A DNA stretch of 64,000 nt, from the NCBI GenBank assembly GCA_002633005.1, contig NMRA01000608.1:91067-155066 (forward strand), in the 5' to 3' direction. Within the stretch, counting starts at the first letter, position 1. Each line of letters opens with the position of its first letter. Shown piece after piece: positions 12,301 through 24,300 of this stretch. This stretch comes from Phoronis australis (Eukaryota; Animalia; Phoronida). The translations under genes were made by a program, and so were the position numbers. The notes beneath the pieces are model-generated. The model saw nothing but the letters and a program-made list of their open reading frames with translations, searched no databases and was not told the DNA's origin.

Positions 12301-15300
12301 ACGCTTCTAAAAGTAACATAGTTTCCCTTAAAAAGCAGTCTCTAATGGAAGCCACAGATCACCTTCACGGAAATGTAACATTAGCCAAATCTGTGATGCA
12401 TTTGTGACCCTTTAGTAGATGATTGGCAAAGGTGATTTTTACTGTTTGAAGTCATAATTTTGACCTGTCGCTAATAAAAACCATCCCCAATAGAGATCAG
12501 AACATGTCTGGAATTAATTGTCGACCAGGGTTTTTAATTATTGTCAGAAGCTTTACAGCATAAAATTAATGAACGTAACACAGAGTGATGTTAGCCTGAC
12601 AACTGTCAGATTTGACTTCACAAACTTTTTGGTGAGAATGTCTGTTTTGGTTCAAGGATAGAAATCTACTGAAAACCTTTATGGACCCGTATGACATTTG
12701 AACGAATACTGCTTAATCTCAACTTTAACAGGCTAAGACAGTGAAATCTTCCTTCAATGCCGATCTGGTGCACAGCGCCACCTATCTGACATACAACATA
12801 CCAGCTGCACTAGCTTCGACAGCTCCTGGTGGATACTCGACCAGCGTAGGAGCAAAGCCATAAGGTGAGGGGTACTCATACGGAGCGGTCGTGTACATGA
12901 GACCAGCATGGGACTCTGTGGGTGAGACCAGCGGGGGCGGGAACGACGACGCTGTGGCAGAGGTAGGCACGGTCATCCGCGGGGCCAAGATGAGGGGTGT
13001 CCCGGCAGAGGTGGGCGAGCGCAGGGCGGCTTGTTGAACGGCGGCAAGTGGAGGACCCAACACGCGTTCTGAAACGAGAGTACAAACACAAGATGAGGAC
13101 AAAGATAGGAGAGCGCAGGCTGTGCTAGAACTTCTATAAGAAGCGAGTTGACTGTATGACGACATATAGAGGTCTGATATATATATAGACAGCAAGCGAC
13201 TTCAGAAGTGTGCAATAAAATTGGTGCAAGGAACACAAATGGTGATCAATCACACGCACTGGATTAAATGGCACGACAGAAAATAAAACATCAACGTTGA
13301 CTGAATACATGGAGACAGTAGTAGTACATAAGCTGTGGTGTTACTCACGCAAAGACGGCTCACTGATCATGCTCCCCATATGACTCATGTAGTGAGGCTG
13401 TGAGTGTGAACCATCCATCATAACTAATAGAAAACAGGAGAGTTAGCAAAACAAGCATCAACTATAATGGCTCCCCACACACACAAACAGAAACTCCACC
13501 TCGTATCTAAGCGGACGGGCTGACAAAATTCACGTGAACTAGCAATTGGTAGTCTTTTCATTTTGATATGTGGAGAGCACAGAATTTAGTTAAACCAAGC
13601 AACATGACTAGTTCTACAACAAATGTATAGCAAGCACCTGTTCATCCAACACGCAGGTTTCAACAACAACCAAAAGAAGACTGCTCATGTACAAAACACA
13701 TTTTCTGTTTGAACATTTTAGGCACAGAGAAGTGAATGAAAAAGCGACTCTCATTAGGACAGATAGATCATTCCTAGCCAACACCCAGAAGAACATGCCC
13801 TGATGAAAACGATTCAGGTGAGATGAAAGCAACAGAATCACATCAAAGTTGCCTGCGTGTACCGTGGCGCAGCCTATCGCTAGTCTCAAAAAGGTTTTTA
13901 TACTACCACCACAGGCAGCAAAACGAATTCTGGTCATTATATAGGTGCCAAGCACAGCTTAGCAACTGTGACCAGGGTAACTGCTATAAGATAGTGAAGG
14001 ACTTGAAGGGCGTAACCTAAGATGTGATCTATCTACGTTGGTTTGGAAAAACAAGCAACAGAGCAGAGAGAGGAAACTTTTACAGACAACGGCAGCAGTC
14101 GTGCATTACAGCTTGGTAAGAAATCCAAAGGTAGCAAAGCAACTTAGGCCAACATTCCAAAACAGATTCATGTACAACTGCTGTAGAGCACAGATGTCTT
14201 GTAAAAGTTAACCCAATGCAAGAGTTAGCATATCCAGGTGGCTGCTTCAATGAAGGTCTTTCCACTGATGGACCATCACTGGCCGCAGTCACCGCTGAAG
14301 GTCCATCCAACACAATGTGAACTTGAAGCAAAACAACGGAACAGAAACTGAGGGTCTTTATAGGGTGGTTTAAGGGTGTGGGTTTACAACAACAACTCAA
14401 CTCCAGAACCAGGCAGTCAAAGACATGCTCACGCCATGCCAACTTACGGGTCACCGATCCAACGGCAGCAGGGATTTGCTGAGTGGTTTTAGTGGTTTCG
14501 CGGTACGTGCCATTCATAATAGCAAGCTCCATAAGCTGGCGTTTCTTAAGATCATCCTCCCCTTCCGGCTGAAATAGTTATGTCGGTTAGCACGTTATTT
14601 ACAAGACACTGCCTGTGTACCTATGCTGTTGGCTGGTATTAGTACGGTTATGTGCCACCAGAGGCCCTTGCTGGTACTTAGCCAACTCCAGTGCTCTCAC
14701 ATCATGACAGTTGAACAGCTTGGCCCCAAATTAATCAACACAAGCTTTTGTTACATTCAAGCAGAGGGTGCTTGACAGTAACTGTTGACAGAATGGATCA
14801 ACGAATCAGTACAAGTGACCAGTAGCCATTCAAATGTGCTTGAAGTGAGGGCACTCAAGGAATGCAGCGTGCCTACAAAAGAGAAGTGAGTCAGTCAGTG
14901 GCCGACTTACGTGCTGCAGCCTGCTGGAGCTGAGCTTGGAGCGCACACTGCATGTTTTGGTCACGGTATGTCCCGTTGATCATGGCAAGTTCAATCAGTT
15001 GCACCTTCTTGATAACGTCCTCACCCTCAGCCTACAATAGCAGGGGTCAGAGGTCAACACACGTACACAGGCAGGGGATGGGATGGGGGAGAGGTAGGGT
15101 TCAAGGAGCAGAGGTTATCACACACATAGAGGCTGGTGATTGGACAGAAACTAAGACGATGATATAAGGTAAAGAGAAACTGTGGAAGATTGGGAACGCA
15201 AGAGCTTACTTTTCAACAACACATGAATTATCAAAATAGTGACCATAGACAACTTGTGGTTTTATTGCTGAAAAAGCTTGAAATCTGCCAATAAGTTTTA

Positions 15301-18300
15301 AGTGACAAAAACAATAAGAACAAAATGGTACGAAACAAACAAAAAAAGGGAAAAGATAGTCATTTAACACAAAGCCCAAAATATTCAGCAGGTACCTAAA
15401 CAACTGAGCCCAAAACGGTCGGGGCAGGGAGGGGGGGTGAGGACGACAACGACGCTGTGGCAGAGGTTGAGTTCTGGGAGCTCATTGGCCTGTCCAGGAT
15501 AACAAATATGTTTAGGAAATGGTGTAAGATACAAAAACAAACTAGGGCAGAACCACGTCCCTACAGCAACGGACCACACAACAGCAGCAATTTGGCTTGG
15601 GGTCGTAGGCCATGGATGCCCATAGAAATTGATAAACCCATTTTGGACAGCCAATTTTGAAATCCTGAATGAACCCCCTGCCTGGACTAAAGTAAATCAA
15701 CATTGGCTTGTAAGTTGCTACAGAATGTTCATTGTCTTCACTGAACCACCAAGGGGCCACAAGATGTCCCAGTAGGTACTCCAGGGCCATCAATACCTCG
15801 ATTTTGGGGCCTTATATTGAACCCATTTACCTATGAAAAATATTTCATCATGCAAAATTTCCCATGTCAAGCACAAAACTTAACCTTCAAGGTTACAGTC
15901 ACTAGTAAGTCGCACATTATTTGAAACTGCACAAAACATAACTTTCTGTTACTTGAGGCAGAGCCGATGAGGGGTGGAGATGAGGCTGGATTCATATAAA
16001 TTCTTACACTCACTGTTAAATCAAACATGCGCACTCAGAAACTCATTGCCTCAATCATGTTAGCGTCTTTGCATCAACAAAAACTAGGAATGTGATAACA
16101 ATAGCCCAGACTCCCACAACACAAGTTTCACACTTATAAGAAAACTTTTGATTTGATGATAACTCAACACAAACAAAAGCTGGGCAGCGAGGCCACTTCA
16201 GTACCTACGCCAGCACAAGATTCCACAGAAACAGCTTGAAAGGACTGTGTTTGGTGGAGACACATTCAGTTCTCCCCTAAATAAACAGAGCCCTTTCAGT
16301 AGTTCTAATTTCCACATGGGCAAGCCCTGTGTGATTGAGATGACATATTTTCACTGTCGCTCTCTAGTTATGATTACAGACAGGTAACAATGGACGAAGG
16401 ACTATTTACCTAACCTAAAATACTCAATACAATGGATAGGGCAATTTACTGAAACAACACAAGTGGGCCAAATTCATGGGAACTTTTGATGGCAAATCAA
16501 AAACGGATCAGAGTAATTTGCTACACAGTTGCAAATTGCTCGATGGAACAAGCACCAACATTGAACACTCCTAAACAGAGTCACGCCATTAGGAGCAACT
16601 GGTCAAAGTCCAAAGCAATTGTTGCGATGTAATTAATCTTTGAAAAACTGAAACTGAAAATTTTTAGCAGTCCTTGTAGAAAGCTATATATCGAAGAAAA
16701 AGCATATAAATACGACTGACCTCTATTGGTTAGGACCTAAACGGGTGTTGTGACTTATGCAATAACACCACTTAGCAACAGCATTGGCCCAGTGTAATTA
16801 AGATAAAGTTTCATTGTAAACACTAACGAACATGCATTATTCAAGAAGGCTAATTATCAAATTGACAGTTGTCAGCAGGACAGGAGAAGTCTTACAATAC
16901 ACACTGATCAGGTAATCACTGGCACAATATGGCCGACAAGGGCAATTTGTCAAAGTTGACTACCTAAACTCAATTTGAGGTGGGGTAATATTATCATTTC
17001 TGAAATTTATTTGTTGAGTATATCAGAAACTCGTGAGCTCCTTCAAAGAACGCCATAACACCTGAACATGTTGGGAGATATGACCGATCGAAATGTTGCG
17101 CCAATCAAAATAGGCTGGAGGTTGAAGGAAATAAACTAGGCAATAGATTTTACAAATGCTTGTCAAAGTTCAGCCGAAACGAAGTTCAGACATCTATGCT
17201 GAATTTTTAGCATAGTGGGTCCTGTAGGGTAGTCTGATAACAAGCTGACTAATATGCCAAGCACTCGGCCTTTGAAAAATCATAATTTTGAAAATTATTT
17301 TAGTATGAATTGTACTTGAATTTTTCGAAGAATTCACAAACTCACACATCATACGCAAAAATTTTAAATGTTTCACCGAGGAGTTTATACGAGTCGTAAA
17401 TTGGTGGCAACTTAGACACATGTAGTTGATAGTCAGGGGTTAAATTTTCAATCCATCTCCTGAGATTTGTGTTGTTGAGCTTCTAGACCCACAGTTGAGT
17501 GCTGGTGAATGACAACAACAAAAGAGTGAATAGCCCTATTCAACAGGCTTTAAAAGAATTTCCTTGCTCAACCAGACCAACACCAGCTCAGAGCTCTTCC
17601 TCACAAACACCTGTCTACAATCAAGAACAGTAGATGATAAATAACGCAAATTTGTCAAATATTTTTGCGCCATTTCAACATATTTGCTACAAAAACACAG
17701 GGTATTTTCTCAGAACCTGGTGCAGGATCACATTTCAGCAGAACTTTGACTCACAAGTGTGCAGACTATGTCACTGATAGAGAGAGTGGTATTAAGCACA
17801 GCCTGCAGGTATGTTGCCCATCTAATCAATCAAGGCCTCAGGTGAACCAGGCTCCACAGAGCTGGAGCCACAAGACACACTCTGCCCACTGACCAGTCAT
17901 CCTGCATTTCAAAGGATGGACTGTGATTTTCTATGAAAAGGCCACAGGGTAGATCTCAGCCCAGCTGGGTCACACAATAGACCTGGTGAAAGATGAGGGT
18001 TTCCAGCAGGGATTGGCAGGGTTGCAGTAAATAGGGTGGGGGTATAGTAAGTGGATGTGTTATGGCATATTGCACAATAAGGACAAGAAAGTACACTCAA
18101 AGGTCAACCTCAAATGACTGTCCAGTGTACTGACACTTTGGTCAATACACATACACACCCATAATTCTTGGAGCTGGTGTTGAATAAGGAGAGTGTAATA
18201 CCACTACCAAGCCAAGTGTCCTTTTGAAATGAACTGCGGCAAAGTTTTACTTTGCTAAATACAGGTAAAAGTTTGCAATTTTCTGGATAAAGAGATTGAT

Positions 18301-21300
18301 TATTACGCGATATTTGATCGCAGCGCATAGAGAAATACTAGCATTCCAGAGACACAACAGGGCAGCTGTCGCTGTGGATCATACAAATAAATCTGGGTTA
18401 GGAAATCAGTGACCAGAACCAAGCAAATGGCAAGAAACATGACTGCAGTTGAAGGTTTTACATGGCATGCCTGTCACGGTACGCCTGTCACGGAAACAAC
18501 TGGTCAACAGTAGGTTTACATACAACACTGCGTTAGTATGCCCAAGGAGAAATGAAAGACCACAAAAATGGAAAATCTAAAATGAAAGTCATATTAATTA
18601 AATCAATGTAAAGCCCACCCTGAACTGCACCTCATGTGAAATTAGTTCCCACAATGATTTCTGTGCACCATTCTGAGGGGTCACACCAAAGACGTGAATT
18701 GTCGAAAGGAATGAAGTCTCATTGACTCGCTCTGATCTACTTGACCATAAGAAACATTACATGCAGTTACATTCAGACCCCCCCCCCCTATTTTCAGCCT
18801 CTCACAGTGACACAATACAGAGCAGAAGACACATATTTGACGGATGTACCCACGTTTGACTGATTAAATCATGTTTTTTATGTTCAGGCCTTGGAATGAC
18901 CAATGACAAAAAAGAGAGGAAAATTTCCAAGTGATGCAACATTCCACAAACAAATAGGCGCGTGTGACAGAAATATTTCTTGCGTTGTAAAATTTAACTG
19001 AAATGAACGTATTTGCATGAATAAAGTCAAAACAATGATGAAAGAGACGGAAAAAAGGATACCGAAAATCAAATAAGAGGATATTGAACGAAAAAAAGAG
19101 AGGAAATACTCTTAAAAGAGGAAAATTTCAAGCCCCGTATGTTGCTATTGTATTTCTGGCACTACCTAGATAGCCCCATACATCTAAAAAACAAAACTCT
19201 GTTCAAGGAAGGCTTTAACAAGCATTGAGGAACAATCCAAAACTCGCACACTTTCCCTCAGACACACAAACTCCCAGCCAATAGTCATCTCCATGTTAAG
19301 TCCACCTCAGTGAACACAGTTTGCATATTGAATATTTCTTTTGAAAATAAATTCACTGTCAACTCAACCCTGGCTGGTTATTGATTCAGTAGTGTCTGTA
19401 ATTGTCACCACTGTTAACTTAGGGTAGTCTATTGGCTATTTCCCTTTGAATTTGCAGATGTCATTCACCAGCTATGGATTTGTTGAAGTCTTTTAAAATG
19501 CACATAAAACAGGTGCGAATCAATGGGACTCAATTAGAGCTCAGTACGTCTTTATTCTTTAATAAAAGCGAAAAATGAAGGCCAAACTACGGTTTAATGA
19601 ACCACGAGAAAATGGAGTGCCACAAACAGTTAATTGGAGTGGACAAAGGCACAGGATGTCAAATATTGGCAGTGGTGGTCTTAAACTATAGTGAAGTACT
19701 GGCCATGACGGTCTTGATCATCTCAAAGCAGGTGGGGAAACAACAGACAATCGTCACCAAAAACAATAGACAGGTTAAAGCACCGATAGACCATCACACA
19801 ATTGTACATCATCAGCTTCACATATCTGAATATACAGGTCACATTATGACTATTTCACATTATGACTATTTAATCAATCAGAAAACACCGTTAACAAACA
19901 TTGAACATATGCCAGCTAAATGACTATCTGCCACTTCGTGCGTACTATTTGCATAATACTTACAACAGGTACAAGTAACTTGTGGACTTCTTCCTTTGCT
20001 TTGGACATTTTAGCCTCCGCCCTCGACTTCGTGTCCTCGACTGCGATGAGAACGTGTAGGGGCTCGTCTAGGTGTTCCCAGCCCTGTTTACCGCGCAGAC
20101 TGTCCTCCTGTATAACAATAATACGCTGTCTACATTATAATCTCTTAACGCAGCAGAAAAGTTGACAAATGACATTCCTACCTAGTTTAAACTATTTTTG
20201 AAAAGGCTTTTTTGATACACTCCTTAATCACTCAAAAAAACAAGGCACGAGTACTGTTAATTTTGTTTATCAATTTTAGGCTGAACACAGATATTTCAAA
20301 TAAAACCTAACAAGTTTACAAAACTGACTCAGACAGGCTACATATCGGGATTACAAACACGCAAAATTTTGAGTTGTGGAATAGGCACATCAAAATTGTA
20401 AGTAAGCCTACAGCCACCCATCTCACTCCAACAACAATTGTAAGTAAGCCTACATCCACCCATCTCAGTCCCAACAACAATTGTAAGTAAGCCTACAGCC
20501 ACCCATCTTAGTCCAACAACAATTGTAAGTAAGCCTACAGCCACCCATCTCAGTACAACAACAATTCCTAGTCCTACCTTTTCCTTCTTTCTCATTGAAT
20601 TCCGCCCTCGGATCATTATTTTGCATCCCGTTCTCTTTTCCAGCGTCTGCGCTGTCGTGCCCCTTGGTCCAAGAATTTTTCCTATAAAGTTGAACTGGAA
20701 AAAAATGTTTGATGAAATGGCAAGATTGTACAACATAAGCTGGTCAGCTGTACACACTATTAGTGTTTCACATCGAAACATGATAGATTTAAAAGTTTTT
20801 TAGACAAGTGTCTGTCCTTTCAGATAGTTTCACCGTTTTAAATTTGAAACAAATACAGTAATCGACTGCAGAAATTGACTCAAGCAGCCTTTTGCAAACA
20901 TTTCTTCCATCAGTACCCAACAGCAGATCAGAAACAAAACCATTAGACAGAAGGGAGTTCAGGATATACCTCAATGGGCAAGGGGGGGGGTAACTGGTTA
21001 AGACCATCCATATCAAAGGTGATTGAAATCTATCAAAAGGAAAAGTGAAGTGTAAACACGGCCCCCGCTTTGTAAATACCCTCCCTACACCTGCTTCTTC
21101 AATGTGTATAGTTTACAATGTGTACAGTCCGATCAGATTAATTGTTTCAAGCAAGCTCACTTCTGTCCAGTCAGTCAACTTTGAGCAAAACCAGTACATC
21201 TGTCATCATTAGCAGAGAAGCCTTGCCTATAATGTGTACCTCTATAGCCATTTAGTGATTAATACTGGCCACAAAGTGAAGTCAGGCGATTTATTTAGCA

Positions 21301-24300
21301 CCATCTCCATCTAAAGGGAGACCAGCCTCTGTCCAAAGGGAGACCAGAAACCGGCCTCAGTCCAAACAGAGATTGGCCTCTGCCCAAACACAGACCGGCT
21401 TCTGTCCGGAGATCAGCCTCTGTCCAAAGAGAGACCAGCCTCTGTCCAAAGAGAGACCAGCCTCTGTCCAAAGAGAGACCAGCCTCTGTCCTAAGCGAGA
21501 CTGGCCTCAGCCCAAACGGAGACCGGCTTCTGTCCAATGGGGGACATGAGTTAAAGGCAATGAAAGTGAAACAAACATTGGCATTGAAAATTTGAAGAGT
21601 CATTATCTAGAGTGTACACAAAGACTGTGTCCACTGGAATAGGTTGTGAAATTCGACAATTACGAAAGTCAATCTCAGCTTCAGATGAGACTTTTGGCAA
21701 ATAAAGACATAAACACATCTTGAAACCTGCAAGCCACTCTTGTAAGAATGGTTTTCAGGTAAAAGTACTCAGGACACCAGGACCAGACAAGCAGCTTGAA
21801 GGACTGGGCTCTGATGTTGATATGAAGTCAAGTCACCATGACACTAAACTGTTTAGGAACTGGACAACATTTTGCACTAGTAAAGTAGGGCTCAGGTGGA
21901 GGGGTGATGGCTTGTACTGTACTCAAGACAATGAGCAGACAATTGGACCCCAGTTAATAGCAGCAAGCAACTGTCAACAGTAGACAGGATTTCTCCAATC
22001 TGCAACTCTTTCCTCACGTCCTCTACCCTCGACGTGACAGCCTGTCAACTAGTAAGACTTCAAATCTATGCAAACTGGTTTCACACAACCTAAGTTTGCA
22101 GAGGGCTTTTGAGATCAATCCAAACGGCTGATTCAATTTACAGCCATAAAAGACTTGAACAGACTTTTACCAATGCAATACGGCACACCAAGATGGATGG
22201 GACGTTCTTCACTAGTGCATTGCAAATTTAATAAACACCCACGTCTCTGCAACACATGGAATACATTTTCACAGTATCCCTTATGAAAAACTAACAATTA
22301 GAGACAGGCTCCAAATAAAAAAAATACCTTTGGAAAAGTCTCCACTGGCACATGTATTTTTTCTGTGAGTTTCACTTTTTCACCAACAGGGTCTGGCAAG
22401 GATAGCGTCTCGGGACCGTCTATGTTGAATATTGACACACGAACCTTGTTTATTTCTGGAAGAAAATGGGGAGAGTCAAAAGTAGGCACAAAATGGCCAA
22501 ACTGACCATACAGTGAAAAAATCCCAAGACTTGTTAAGACAATGTCAGTTTTGGTCATAGCATAAATAACAGGGCTTGGAATGACCAATGACAAAAAACG
22601 CGGAAACTTTTACGGCCCAATACATGCGCGCTACCCATCCTTGAAATAGCCGATGTGAACCTTTCGCCGACAAAAATCGGTAGGACTAAAAAATAAAAAA
22701 TAAAAAAAGAACGTTACCACCATCAATAGCATGCGTCTGTGACTTCTTATCTCGTCCACCCACTCCTCCACTCCCACCCCCAACAATTTTTGGCTGCAGA
22801 CCCGTAGTATTTGTCACCGCGGTTAACAATCACACGAGATGCCATTGAAAATCCCACGTCATCCCAGATGCCCCGGCAATGTTGACAATTTACGTTCCTC
22901 CGAAACATAAAGAGCAACTTCCGCTTTTTGAGGTGAACGTCGTCAGCAACGCCGCGGTAAGAAAGGAATCTGCCGCGGAAATTTTATATCAAATCCGATT
23001 TTTTACGCGGAAACATAATAAAATGCGCGGACAGAACATTTGAAAAAAGCGGAAATCCGCATTTCCCCGGAAAATTCCAAGCCCTGAAATAAAAAAGATA
23101 GAAAAACAAAAAGCACAAATTGAGATTTTTGGTCACGTGATAGACGCATAATACTTGATGAGCAATTTAAATGCAACAAGTACCGTATGAATTTATTTTG
23201 TGGTATAAAGGCAAAAAACTAATAGGGATTCAACTGTCCATAATAAACTTACAAAATTTTACTAACAAGCTACAGGCTACTAGTGAACAATTGTAAGTGG
23301 CCTCAACCAGACACTAGCAAGCGTGGACATAAGGTCATTCAGTGTTTCCTCAAGTTAAGGAAAGGATATTGGTTCACCATTTGTAACTGTGCACTAATCG
23401 GCCAATCTTCTGGCCATGCATTGTCTTTCAATCAGAAGACAAAACAGTAACCAGACCCACTAGGCACAACCTTTAACTCACAAAGGTGAAACGCGGCCAA
23501 GTCAACACAGGTGATATTTTCATCTAGACTCTCTTCACAACCAATCCTAGTTAGAGAGGACAAAATCAACAAAGACTGGATCATTATGGAGGGCGAGATT
23601 ACGAGGTAAACGGGAACAAGATGTGAATGCCACTAACAACCTTGGGAACATGAGTTTGTGCTTACAAGCAAAGCATAGCAACAAACCAAAAGCATATCAG
23701 CCTAACACCTTCCAGAGTTCATGATTTCTTGAACAAACAGCACAACACATGGCAGGCATTACATCTTGACTGATCATCAAACCGTGCCTGCTTGTTAACT
23801 CACAGTTGGGCCAAGAGGCCTTGAAAGCAACACAATATTTTTTCAGTCTCAGACTTTATATTAAATCAACGGTCTGCGGCTTGGGGGCTTAACCACAGTC
23901 AACCAATAGTGAAGATATTGCTTAGCCTCCATTGGAGTCCCTGCCATATCAACTTCACACAAAGGCTACGGTATGGTACACACATAAAGTTGTGACATCC
24001 ATCTCAACAATTTCAGAAAATTCATGGTTGTCTTGTTCTTGGTAATGTTTAATTTCAAAGGACAATACACTATGAAATCGGTAATAATTCAAAACAGTCA
24101 CCATCCATGCTCACTTTCGGTAAAAAAATCTAAATTTAGGTAAAATGGAGAATTGAAAATTCATTTCGTGAAATTTCACAACTGTTAATAAACAACAAAA
24201 CATTGGATGCCATTGCTGTTAAACAAGGTTTGTACGGTGGAGCTCAGAAGCTGTCAACAAACTTTTGGCCAAATTTTGAAGACTTGTAGCAATGTAGTCC

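Noticed and set aside
21295-21603. 102-aa ORF with repetitive sequence (also 47869-48168)
   Set aside because: These ORFs are by-products of minisatellites.
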